The notes under the pieces were generated by a model, which worked only from the letters and a program-made list of their open reading frames with translations, was not told the origin of the DNA and did not search any database. From Takakia lepidozioides (lineage: Eukaryota > Plantae > Bryophyta): a stretch of DNA of 64,000 bases. The translations under genes and the position numbers were made by a program. Shown here in pieces: positions 51,208 through 64,000 of this stretch. Each line of letters opens with the position of its first letter. Position 1 is the stretch's first letter. The stretch is from NCBI GenBank assembly GCA_030704615.1, contig CM060733.1, positions 186,001 to 250,000 of the forward strand. Direction: 5' to 3'.

Positions 51208-54200
51208 ATGGAGGGGCCGGGGTCTAGGGGTACGCTTCTGGAAGCTTTGCAGGCACTCTATCATCATCCCGATCCTCAAATTCGGACGGCAGCTAATCGA
51301 TGGCTGGACGAATTTCAGCACACAATGGAAGCGTGGCAGGCATGGCTCACGAACTCACTTTCTCCTCGCTCTTAAGCTTGACTTTGGGCTCCTCCTTTGC
51401 ATTTGATCATCCTAATAATTAATTGAGTGAGGTGTTCAAGGCAACGATTAAGTGACTGGGAGACTATGAGATGACATCCACCATACGGAATTGTTGCAGG
51501 TTTCTGATAGCCTGCTTCATGATTCCAACGCTACCCTGGAAGCGCTCTATTTTTGTGCCCAGACACTTCGGACAAAGGTAACGGGTAGTTGCTCTTGCAC
51601 TTTCTGTGACTCTACAGTACCTAATGTCGACTTCTGCTGAAATAGCTTACATGCGGTTTCGATATAGAAAGATTAACAGTTGAGAATGTGCATTGTAGGT
51701 CCTTGTCCTGTATTTAAATGTGGAGCTGCAACTTTCCTTGCGTCTGGAAATGGCAAAGGTTTTTTTGCACCCACATTATCTTGTAGTCAATCTGCTCCGA
51801 TCACCATGTGATGTGGGATCATATGCAGGTGCAGCGCGACTTTGAGGACTTGCCACCGGGTGCCCCTCTTTCCTTGCGAAGCTCTCTCATGGTGACTTAG
51901 TCCGCCCCTACACCTCGTGACACATGATGTGACCTTCAATTAGAGAATAAGGTGGTAATCAGAACAGCTCACTCAGAGTATTTATCACATCTTTCTAACG
52001 TCCTAACTGTTTGAAACTAAAATGATTTTTGTTGAAATGCACATTTCAGAACACCTGTTTTGAAAATGTCCGGGTAGATGCCAGAAGTTTTCTGATTGAA
52101 GCAATCAGACGGGCACTGATAGTTGTAGATGGGTCAAGTCTGCAGATTTAAAGACAGAGTTCAGGTTGTCTCTACCAAAGGAGATGTAGACTTGGGGAAT
52201 TGTAGAGTTAACAGTTGAGGTCTTCATTATTGGTAGTGCCTTGTGGCAACTAATACCAGCACTTGTTCATAATTCGCTACACAAGCTGCCTGATCTTGTT
52301 GATAAGTGATATTCACCTAGGATTGCAGTGTATGATACTTCCTCTGAAGGCCTACATTGAGACTAGATACATCCATATACCTTTTGGATGTCCTGTCTGT
52401 GGTTCAGTGTTTTGGAGCTTTCATGGTAGTTTATGGTGTTGGGATGGGAAGACCTCACTCTTTGACCTTTTCTTCAACATTTTCAGACATTGCTTATGAA
52501 GTTTCGGCAAGGACCAGCCGCTGTCAGGACGCAGGTATCCTGCAGCACCCTTCCTTGCTCAGCTTAAGCAAATTCGGATCTGGTCTAAGCTTCACATGTG
52601 TGGCGATGCTTTCATCTAAGTTTCTGAATTTGCTTTGAGAGTTTTGTCACAGGCCAAACTGCAGGTCTCTTATGGTCCGAGATACTGTTTTATGGTGTAG
52701 ACCTTTCACTCTATACAGTTACACTGTTGTGTCCTGATGAATGAATGATTGATACACAACAAATGTGAGGGGATGGCTGCAGTTGTGCCTGGCAATGGCA
52801 GCACTTGCAGTGCAAATGTCACCTGAGGAGTGGGGCCAAGCTGGAGTGGTGCAATGGGTAGGCCAGGAGCTTGGATCGCAGCCTGAGGCTATCCCTGCAC
52901 TCCTTGAGTTGCTTGGAGTTTTTCCTCAGGTTATTTCAACTACCTTGTGTACTACAACATTTCGCCAAACATAGTCACAAAGGTGTTGCATGTAAAAACC
53001 CGGACAGTTACCAGGATTCTTCCATGTTGAAGGCAGAAAGTTTTTGAGGAATCCCATGCTGTTTCTGGGTTGGTGGCACAGTTGTTGAGAGCCACCTATT
53101 CTGTGAGAGCTGAGTTGGAAAGCAGATATGAGTGCAGCTCCAGCACACCCAGCGATCCAAGTTGTGAATATTCTGTGACTCTCAGCTTGACCATTCCCAC
53201 CCCCAAGCCCTGTCATTTACCCCTTTCACTTCTCTTGTGTATAGTCTCTTTCTGTGCAGTTCCAATTAGACGACTTTAGTTACATGAGACCCTTCATCAG
53301 ATTCCAAGCAGAAGCAACCGCTCAGTGCTACTGATGCTTCCTAGTGCTTTTAGCCTTGTGTGGCAAACGTGGGGATGAAGGAGTTAAGTTGTTGATGGGT
53401 TGGATCATCTTAAGTGAGCAATTTCCGCCTTGGTGCTTAGCATCTGCTAGAGAAAGTTTAACACCTAGTATTGATCATCTACCGAGCACATCATTGGGTC
53501 GTGATTTGTGTGTAGGCATGGATCTGTTGCAACTTCGGTGAGTCATGACTACGAATTGGTGTTGACATTTGAGGTTGATATGTTGGCAGGAATCAAACAG
53601 CTACAAAATTGCAGTGCGACCAGAACGACGTCGCCAATTCCATCGTGATTTAGTGGCTTCAGTGTGGGATGCATTCAACTTACTGAGTTCCTGCTTGAAT
53701 GAGGGCTCCCCACACCTTCGTGAGCAGGTGTGTTTGAGCTGTTGAGAAGAGCTGTTGAGTAGAGAAGTTTTGTAAGCTTGGCATCAACATATACTTATGC
53801 TTGAATGTCTCCTGTTTGGTGACTTCATGAAGAGATTTTGACACTTGGGGATACGTAAAGGGTTTCATTCCACAACTTATTTTCCTCTTTGAGTTTTGTT
53901 GGCAGATACTGCGTGCATTTTCAGCATGGATGCGACTTAGCTATGGGTAAATTTGGTTCCTTCTCCAAGTATGCTTGTTGGTTTGCTACAATGTCACTGT
54001 CTTGAGCTGTATTGGGCAGTAAAATTGGGAGGTAGTTCAACTCTGAATTGAAAGTATCAGCATCTTTTGTTTGAACCTTTTTCAGTGTGTCCTGGTTTGC
54101 CTGCTGTGTTGGTCTCCATTGTCCCGGGATCGTATGTGGCGGAGGGGGGCCATAATTGCAAGTACAATTTCTATTCCTTTTTTTTGGAAAAAATGCATCT

Positions 54201-57200
54201 GTAAGACCAGTGCCAGGTACGAAAGGCAGCTGATGTAGGTTGTGGACTGATTAAATGCAGAGTGTCAGCATCAACGCTGGCTTCACACCCTTTGGTAGGA
54301 GCAGCACTGGTTGGGCTTGACTCCGAGGATACATTCGATGCGGCAGTGGATGGTACGCTGCCCCTGTGAGTCCACCCTCACCGCCTGTCTTGCTGCAACA
54401 TCAGTTGTCTTTAAAGTCTCTCAAAATCCCTCGAGAAGCGACCCATATGTCGACCTCGAGCCTGAGTCTAATTCATGTCATGTCTTATAAGACAATTCTT
54501 ACAGCAGCTGAGTGGTTTTTCTTGTGTGGTTGGGTGCGTACAGCTGTCACAGAGCTGATTCGGTATACAGTGAGTGGGAACCCTGTAGACTTGGCCACAC
54601 ACATGCCTCTGGTACAGGTGTTGGTACCACGGGTCATGGCCTTGCGGCCTCGCTTTACTGCTACAGTGAAAGTAAGTTCAGTCTTTCTGTACCAAAAGAT
54701 TCAATTGTTAATCTAAGAATGGCGTATATGTTCATCTGGTTCTCAACATATTGTTAACTGGGACTTTACTTGGCTTGGCAAAGAGTGAATTTACAAGGCA
54801 TACAGTCTACTTATTCTCCATTTTATCAAACTTTGTTGACTTGAGCACGGGTATGTCTTTTGAAAGGGCTTAGTTGCAGTCTGAGCTGCATAGAGCTTGC
54901 GTAATCAGGAACTCTTGCATGGTTTGTTTGGATCTTAACTAACATTCTAAGTGAATTTTTTGCATCCAAGGAGGATCCTCCTGGCAGCTGGGATGCTCTG
55001 ATGTGAAGGGTAGTTATGGCCTAATGGATCAGGTTGACGTCATTAGTCATTACACATAAGCTTATGCCCCTTTTCTTCCTAACCACATACATGCTAGCAA
55101 AGAGTTGGCCCTCACTCTATGCCAGTAAGCCACCTGAAACGCTTCCAAGTTAGAAGTGTCATACGCTTTGTTGTTGTATTTCAGAATGTACTAAAGAGGC
55201 CGTGAGATTGTAATTCTTGGGAAAATAAGGATGGAGGTGGCACTGGGATTTTTGTTTTTCTATAAAAGCAATACAAACTGCAATTTCACTGTGTGTAAAG
55301 ATATGCTGGTGGTTCTGGGATTCTCCACATAATTGTATTAGTACTGTCTGTCTTTAGGCTGCCTTTGCTGAAAAACAAGCACAACAAGGGTTGGAAGTGG
55401 CTTCTAGCGAGTTGGGAACTTCAGAAGAGGTATTAGTTAACCACAAGGAAACACCTTGAACTCATTTGGTTTGTTCAACTATGTATAGGCGATGAATAAG
55501 GGAAATGAATGGTGATGATTGATTCAGAACCCTATTTTGCGGTGGATTGATGATTTGGACATGCTTTAGGCTGTCTTGCTGCAATGCTTCGTAGAGAGAT
55601 CTTGGTTTACAATACTACATCAGCTGCGCTGTTGACCAAGCTTGCTTTGCATCCCTGTGCATAGAGGATTATAGAATTGTAGACTTGGAGAATGCCTATG
55701 GCCATACAAACAGGGAGAGGACCTCATAAAGCTCACTGGCCCTTAGTGTATGCACATACACATAGAAAGAAGATCAAAGAGGCTGATTTATCAGTGAGAG
55801 AGAACAGAAATAAATAATGGAGAAGGCTATTTTGTGGGCTGATCATTCGCACTGTTCTTTTGCAGGATGAAGAAGTCACCAAAGGCATGGCGTACTTGTT
55901 TGCGGAGATGGGGGAGTCTTATGTTGACCTAATTGCCAGTGGTATGCTTATTGTATATTTTATGTTTTAAGTTTGTTTGGTCATGGCAGGCAAGCAATGA
56001 GGGTTGGGGTCTATTTTCTTCATAGACGCCTTGATCCAAAGACATAGGATTATGAATGAACTTTAGTTGCTCCTTTTCTAATTGTATCATTTACAAGAGG
56101 TCTCAGAGGGTAAGGCCCGGGGGAGGGGGGCCTAGGGGAAGTGTATGTTTAAACTGCACTTGTGTCGGATGGGGTGCAGGGTCAAGTGAAGCTCTACTGA
56201 TAGTTGAAGCATTGGCGGAGGTTACCTCCCACCCGGATGACAACATTGCAGCCATTACTTTCAATTTTTGGCACCGCCTTAGCCGCACCCTGACCAACCG
56301 GTGCCTCCCTCTCAGCTTTGGCTCTATCTGGATTATCAGGATTAGCTTGAGTGGCTTAGAAAAACGCCAGGCTTAAGAGACAAGGTGGGAGGTTCAGTTA
56401 CTGAAGCTTGGTAACTTCAAATCATGCAGGTCTAGATCAGAGGGCAGGGTCTCGCCTCTCTATATGAGGGCATGGTCTCGCCTCTTTTGCATCCTCTATT
56501 GATTGTCAAAACAGGAAGGAGAATCTCGCTGCCACATATGTTGAAGAGCTACATATTTCACTTTGTTCTTGAACACTGCAGGGACAATTTCTGACCCTCT
56601 CAAAAAATCTTTGCCTTGGACATTGTGCATCTCATCTGATTCCAAAGTTCACTGAGCTGATTCTCAGGGAAAAGTTGGCGCAACATGTGTCATTGGAAGG
56701 GGAGGCTGCAATTGATGCAGAGAAAGACAGGAGGCTGGCAATATTTCGACCAACTTTTGAATTGCTAGTTTCTTTGGTGAGCTATCATCTTGTTGAATTT
56801 TGTCATCTTTGTTTTACATGTAGTGTCAGATGTAGTCTCATCATCTGGAAATCTAGTTTTCATCTCACTTTCTGGCAGCTGAAGGAGCTTTTGAACCTCT
56901 ATACATATACTAGAGCCCACTGAAAAAGAGATGAGGGACTAGGTGGCAAGTCTGTCACTTAGTAACATGAGATACTGTGATTTATGGTTGGGGTAATAAA
57001 ATGGTGTTCTCCTGGTGTGTCTTTGCTCGGAAGGGTTACTGCCGTCTTTTTGGAAGGTGGATACCTTCTAAGGCGGCAACAATGTTTAAGGACTCCAGGT
57101 ACACACATATTAGGCATATTAGGTGACCGATGGACCCAATGACACCCTTATATCACTGGTGCATCTGCTGGATGCTTAATGGTTGGCCCTGTGATACCCT

Positions 57201-60200
57201 TTGTTTCTCAATCATTACTGGAGAGACTTGTCAGCAAGCTGCAGGCTGGTCCTACATTGTTGCAATTAGAAGGCATGTTTTTTATTCGGAACTTAAGTGT
57301 TGTGGCTGTCTCTTTTCCTGAGCAGGTGAGCTTCCGTGTAACATATCCACCAGGATTTCAGAACTGGAGGAAAGATGAGTTGGCAGATTTCAAGTCCACA
57401 CGATATGGTATATATGCAAGGGTGAAGAGTTTTAGTTGTTGTCTTCTTCTCTTTGAAATTAAGAGTGTACTCATATTACTCTGTCAATCCTGCTGGGCTC
57501 TTTTGAATAAGGGAAGATCCTCTATTGGTCGGATCCAGCCTTTGGCCAAGCTGGGTGGAGTGGAGTTTCCTGTTTTCCACTGTTAAACAATTTTTGGTTC
57601 ACTGTGTCCTTTTCATGAGGGTAAATAACATGTATTTGGGTCACAGACATTAGTTGTGATTTTCAACTCGAGAGATAGCTTTTCCTGCAGATGGGTAGAC
57701 TTTCTGTGGGACTAATTGAGCAGCATCAGGGAAATGGGGAGAAAAGTTGGGAGCTACCCATGTACTTTCAAGAAGGCTGTTCTAAGAAAGGGGCATGTGA
57801 AAATTTGTGCAGTAACAAGTTTGATGTGTTATGTTTTCAGCCGTAGCAGATATGCTTATGGATGCAGCAGCTGTGTTAGGAGGACAGGAGACTCTTCGAC
57901 TTCTTTCCCAACCTTTGCTGCAGGTATGCAACATTGACTCATTTTACATGACATTCGCCAGACATTTTGTGTATATAGTGCACTGCAAATTACGGCATCT
58001 GCTGTATGACTTGATCTCTGAGGTCGCTGCTAATATGCTGATCTTTGCCACTCAAATCAAAAGCATCCCATCAAGAAAGGCAGACATCGTAGGAGGAGGG
58101 TTGTGAGAAACTAATTACACTTTGTTTAGTATAGCTGATGGTGGAGTGGGCCATTGCAGATTGCAACAGGTGCTGGAAGTGGAGGGGCATGGGAGTGGCG
58201 CTCTGCCGAGGCTTCACTCTACTGCATCCGGGCCATTGCTAAGGCTGTACCGTCTTCTGAGGATGTTTTGATGCCTCAGGTTGTTTGCACAATAATCAGA
58301 CCAACATTAGGTGCCACGAGTCGATTGTGAATTTTGGATTGGTTTATTTGGTTGTTTCTCTGTACTGAATGAGTAGGTCCTCTGGAACGAGTGGGAAGAT
58401 CGCTGCCTATTGGATATTCAATGCTAGATCAGCAGATGTGCTTCAACTGTTGATAGCACAATCAACTGCAAGCTTCTCATGGGGTTTGTACATTAGGTTT
58501 TGTCAGCATATGCAAATGACTGAAATCAATGGTCTGTGCATCTATCAGGTGATGGCCCTGTTGCCCCAGCTACCTCCTCAGCCTCAGCTTACTTATACCT
58601 GTACGTTCCAATCCTACAATGTGGCGAAACTTCAGATTATGTTTTTTGGTTTGTTTCAAAGAGAGATAATGAGCTGAAAGAGTTGTTCAAGATGTTAATT
58701 GGATGGTAGCAAGGTGTACAGTCTTTTTTAGAAATAACAGATAGTGCCATGATAACAGAGTGTAAGGAGGCAGAGGTGGTTATCGTGGGTGCAGCATCAT
58801 TGACTATCGCAGCATTTTCCGATTGGCTGGGAGGTGCTGCCAGTGCACCTGGCCTTCTACCATTGTTGCTGCAGTTGCTCACCAATGCACTTTCTGCTCC
58901 GGAGGATGCCTGTGCTGCTGCTGCATTAGCTTTGAAGCATGTTTGTGATGGTATGTGAGCTATTACCACTACGCAACCCCACAGTCTCTTCACCGAGTAG
59001 GCTATCACTGGTATGCTGGGTTTGTATAGTACAGGATTACTTTGGGACATAATGTATCGCTCTTGCTCATCATTGTGTCTCTTGTGTTTGCAACTAGCTA
59101 TGTTAAGCTGGATTTTGATTGTTTGCTTTTACTTCTCAATAGGAACTTGCATTGCCCTTCCTCACATAAGTTTGTACACATCTTTTCAGCTCCTTTACAG
59201 GTTATAGCTCTCTCTGATCAGGCCTTCCAGTGTGGCGTGGCATCAGCCTGCAGGAAGCAACTGTCAGGGTCGGCTGATGCGCTGCTTGGTGTGTACCAGC
59301 AAGTGATGAGTAGTCAGGGAAATTTCCAGCTCTCTGCTGACGATGAGCTCCAACTTGTTGAGGGTCTCAGGTAGAGCTGTACTTATCTAATATAAGCCTT
59401 GTGTTCCAGAGTAGTGTTCCAGTAGTGGCTGGAAGATATAAGGCCTGCTTGCCTCATAGCTCTGTGATTACTATGTCATGCATGTCACCCAAAAGTTGAA
59501 TATCATCTGAACTTTGTGGCTATATTCTTGTGGAGTGGTGTGCAGCATGGTTGTTAGTGCATTGCCTTCAGATCGACTCCGGCCAGCTCTTGATGCTCTC
59601 TGTATACCTATTCTTGCGCCACTGCAGGTTGGTTGTTTTTACTGGACTGAATGGGTGATTTTCTATTTTTCTCTGGCAGTGAGGATTGAATTTGGAGGTT
59701 TCATATGTTAATGTGACTGGTAGCTCAGGTAGTAGAAAGCATCATCTGTGGAACATGTGTGCTTTCCACTTTAGGAAAGGGATGATATATAGTGATGAAA
59801 TCTGGTGCAGCTTGAAGGTCCACTCCTTCCTGACTTGGTACTTGCCATGTGCAGCAATTGGTCACAGCAGCACAGCAAGCAGGTTCAGCCCAGCAGCTCA
59901 CTGCAAGCCAGTACACAGTGCACATTGATCGCATTGCCAACATCTTCAGGTGTATAATAACATCACTTGATGTATCTTCCTCGTTAATGGTGGAAATAGC
60001 CCCATTCAATGTTGCTGGATGAAAGCCATACTTTTGGGTCTGTGTAGAGTATTTGGGGCTCCTATGCCTTCGTTTTGAAACCTGCTCTTTCACATATGTT
60101 GACTGAATGTGTCTACTTGTGTCGCAGATATGGCAGCCAGCCAGAGCCCTTGGCAGATGTGTTTCAAAGAATGTGGCCAATCCTTAAAGTTGTATTTTCA

Positions 60201-62697
60201 CAGTGAGTGTTCTTTAACTTGCCATGTGGGCATGCTGGTCACCTTGGTAATCTTACATGTTATTCCTATCTTTGCTGCAAATATCAAGTCTGCTTAGTGT
60301 GGGAAAGTAAACGCATGTCTGAAATCATAGTTAGAGACCATCAAAAGTTCGAGTCACTAAGCATTATAGCATCAGCACACGTACTGTATTTAAGAAACAA
60401 ACCCAGTTGGCGTGGAAAGACCTTGCAGTATGGCCATGAAGAATTGCAGACAGTGAAGGTTCTGGCAGGTTAAGTGGACATGCACTTACCCTTGGTCCCA
60501 TTCCATCATTGGAAATGTTTAGATCTGGATCAGATGATTGATTTTGTTTGTCCAGGAGGGCTGGGGATGTGAGAACAATGGAGAGGTTGTGCCGGGCCTG
60601 CAAGTATGCTGTGAGATCCTCTCTCATTCCCGTTAGATGATGTATATATGTTCCCACCAGTAATTGACTAATGAGCATTACGACTGTGAGTCCAATGATG
60701 ACTTCCATTTTGAGTCCTCTGTCTTCTCTCTTTCCAAATTTCAGAGGTTTTATGGCCACTTGTTTACAGTCAGCATGGACTTATCTCTTTTCTCAGGTAC
60801 GAAACTGTGGAAGGGCACTTGGAAGTGTGATGGGTCCACTATTGGAGGAGGTACAGGTGCAGTATCAGCAGCATCATCATTCCTGCCTTCTTTACCTTGC
60901 CAGTGAAGTTATTAAGGTTTGATACTCCACTTTTTAACCTATTATAAATGTTTTCTCTCTGCATTGAGTTGTGCGACTATTTCCTTTGGCTGAAGGATGG
61001 ATGTAAGCCACACCAAGCTTACGGGACTCCCAAGTTCAACCAGAATGTTCACAGTAGAGAGATTGATGTCCTTCATGTGTAATATAACACCAGTTTCTAA
61101 AATTGGGAGTGGTGTGGGGAACTCCAGGTGTTTGGTGGTGATACTGCTTGTGCAGGCTACCTGGGAACATTGATTTCTGTCCTCTTTGGACAAACCATTA
61201 TTCTGCTAACAACTATTCAGGTAGTACATGCTTCTTAGCATTGCATGTACCCCAATCGCCACTGTTTGCAGCAAGCTGTTTCCGTTATCATTGCTTAAAG
61301 ATCCTCAATTATCTTTCACCAGAAGTCTAAATCTGGCAAGATCATCAAGGCTTCTGCTCTAGTGCTTGCATGTCTGATATTCTATCCAGAAACTGGCATG
61401 TATTGAGGCCATACGTTTCACTCTAATTTTATTGATTTCTTATGTACGCAACCAGCAAGTGACAAAGTTCTCTGGTTATAACAAGTGCAGGATTTCACTT
61501 CACAACCGGATGTAGCTGATGACTGTTTTTTGTTGGCATCACGGTGCATCCGTTACTGCCCCCAGTTGCTGGTGCCCACAACTATGTTACCTCCGCTCTT
61601 AGATTGTGCCATGACTGGCATCACTATCCAACACAGGTCTTTTGTCCTTCCATATTGCACCATTCTTAAACAGGGTGACAGTCATTAAATCTGCCTGGTC
61701 AGGATACCTGCTTCTGATGGGGTCGCCTCTTGTAGCATTGCTCCTTAAACCTCAGCAACCTTGTCTAAACTATTCTTGCTGGGTTGTGAGGGCGCTCTGA
61801 GTTTTCCTTGCTTTTGTTGCTCTTCTGTAGTTCACTTTCTCCCCAACATGTTAGCATTGATGAATATTGCTACCTCCAATTTCATTTTCTCTTTTAATTG
61901 ACAATCTGGTGCTGCTGTGTTCATTGAGGTTGTTGTTTTTATACATGGTTTGCAGGGAAGCATGCCGGTCCATCTTGACATTTTTCCAGGATATTTTTGA
62001 ATTGCCAACTTCACATACAGGAAAGCAGTATCGGGCAGCTGTTGATGCAGCTTTGTTACCTCGAGGAGCAACCTTGACTAGAGTTCTTATCGCTGCTTTG
62101 GTTGGAGCACTTCCGGAGTCACGATTGGATGAGGTTTTAGTACTTTCTATCCTTGCCTTGTTTTAATTTATGGTTGATGTCCTTCTCATTATATGAAGGT
62201 TGTTCTGTCAGGAAGAGACAGGTGTCAGTGGTGAAATATCACAACTACTCTCTTGTTACCAGCGCACAAGAATAATCATCAATTATGGGTGGTTAGTATG
62301 TTTCTTTTTGTTGGTTGCTCTTGTGTTCCCCTAGGCAGGATTCCTGAGCTCAGTTGGTTAGCATTTTCAGTCGTAGATTACAAGCAACTAACTCTTTCGG
62401 TTGATAATTTTTGGGCAGGTCATATGCGTGTTGTTGTCACTGGCAAGACTATATGGTCCACAGGTGGCGCGTTGGGCACAGGAAGCCGCAGGGCGGATAC
62501 CCTCAAGTGTAGTAACAGACGGAGAGCGGATGAGTTTTTTGCAGGCCATCTCATCAGCTGCTTCAGGGGCAGACTCACCGGCACTCACCAGCTCCATGGA
62601 GGAGATTTCAGACGTTTGTCGCCGAAACAAAAAGGTTCTGGAAGCTGTCCAGAGTGCTTTGCAGCCCTTGTACCTCACTTTATCACCTGCTGGCTAG
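51208..62697 (+). CDS. MOS14: Transportin-SR / transportin-3 (importin-beta family), multi-exon
   Basis: LLEALQALYHHPD...ANRWLDEFQHTMEAWQ|VSDSLLHD...FCAQTLRTK|VQRDFEDLP, FAEMGESYVDLI, ITFNFWHRL, WRSAEASLYCIR, HHHSCLLYLASEVIK, PDVADDCFLLASRCIRYCP, EEISDVCRRN. More than 20 in-phase exons, stop at 62695-62697. Confidence 0.93.
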
Positions 62698-63712
62698 TCT
62701 GGGTACACTGGTGCAATGAAAGGCTGTCTTTTCAATTTCCCTAGAAGTTATTACAGGGTTGTGTAGAAGATGGAGGAAGAAGTGATTGTATCATAGTCTG
62801 TGCTTGCTATGCATATGCATGCCTCCAAAGTTGTTGAGAGTTTAGTTACGTTGCAATATGTGCTGTGGATTTCATAAGGGACCCGAGATTCCTGCATGGT
62901 TTCGTGGTGTGACCATTCAAGTGAGATTCAGATGCTACTGTGTTGGGCTTCCTCATGTGAGGCACTGGTTGATAAAATTCTATATGCTGGAAACACAAAC
63001 AGGAAGTATCCCTGTTGCATTGCAATCTTATAACTTGGCCATGAGCACAAACGTATTCCTTACTATTTGACATTAGAACATAGCAATATTGTTTATGCAA
63101 ATTGGAGGGGTGATCCTCCCTAGATCTCTATCTCCAGTTTAGTTTGCTTGATGCAGCAAAACTGGACTGACACTAGGCCAATTTAGGATTGACATGAAGG
63201 CCTCTCTGTTTTTCGCTTTCATCATGACTTTCTCTCCAGGGTCACGAGCCCCCAACAGGTAGTAGCTGCAGCTTGACCTCAGATAAGCAGTCTTGTGGGA
63301 ATTGCAAGGGTGATCTTTCAGATTTCTTGCCTCTTCAGTACTACCTGGTCTTTTTGGCTCAGAATGAGCATGCTACACACTTGTGTATCCGGATAAAGTC
63401 CATGTAGTATTTGTGTCTAGGTGACAAACATCATGGATCATTACGCATGGGTCATCCAAACAGATGTGTCAATTCAGAGATTTCCCTTTTCCATTCCCTT
63501 TATCTAACTCAAGTAATGTATAGTAATGTGTTGTCCGCATGGATCGTGCACACCCAACACCACAGGAATTTGCCTCAGCATCCACATCCAGAACTCACAT
63601 AGCCTCGCAAGCAAAGCGCTATCACTCCACCTTCGGAGAATGTCAAGCTCCACATCGTGTGCAACGTCAATCTACTGCACACGTTCGTAGGACGAAGAGT
63701 TGTGAGCCTCGA

Positions 63713-63726
63713 CCCTAAACCCTAAA
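63713..63726. promoter_or_regulatory. Telo-box / interstitial telomeric motif (CCCTAAA)x2
   Basis: ccctaaaccctaaa near the window end; possibly the 5' region of a neighbouring gene. Confidence 0.35.
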
Positions 63727-64000
63727 CTGGACCTCTCCTTCCCTTTTGAGAGATGAGCACTCCAGGGATGGGGATGGAAGAAGAAGAAGATCAGCCGGTT
63801 GCAGGTCAACGACCCAGTGACGACTGGCTGCAAAGGGTTTAGTACGGGGTTTCCTAATTTGGCGGCGTTCTAATTTAGAGGCAATTTTGGTGGGACTGCG
63901 GTCTGGTCTCGCAGGAAGGAAGAAGTCGCTCGTTCGCAAGAACTTGCGGAGGAAGACGACGATACACCGTGGGCGAGGGTTTGATCACGCCACGACATTA

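Noticed and set aside
52535-52782. U12-type intron (donor GTATCCTG)
   Set aside because: Deviates from GTATCCTT and no TCCTTAAC-like branch point is visible near the acceptor.
63100-63400. Box C/D snoRNA (ATGATGA on the minus strand)
   Set aside because: No convincing D box, terminal stem or rRNA-complementary guide identified.

Overview
Eukaryotic nuclear DNA from a land plant, probably a non-seed plant such as a bryophyte (inferred from spliceosomal introns, PLS-type PPR and PORR genes, and the transposon families present). Host genes at the two ends: the 3' end of a bacterial-like TauD dioxygenase (2-199), 26S proteasome ATPase RPT2 (4522-8372), a conserved plant protein with a signal peptide (10297-12560), a PORR RNA-binding protein (16361-17707, minus) and transportin-SR/MOS14 (51208-62697). 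The centre (~18.4-49 kb) is a nest of decayed mobile DNA. It holds a coiled-coil/RING-H2 pseudogene, a tandem array of ~750-780-bp LINE 3' modules, a P-element/THAP9-like transposase, a Sola2-like transposase with captured host exons, an LTR gag-protease element, Helitron-like ends and an L1. The most striking signal is a ~2.6-kb segment (33355-36020) bounded by 46-bp inverted repeats that both encode PVVKSLNTVKTPPNL but differ at 9 synonymous third positions. This segment reciprocally swaps the 3' ends of the Sola2-like transposase and an unidentified spliced gene. Family assignments come from recognised motifs, not database searches.
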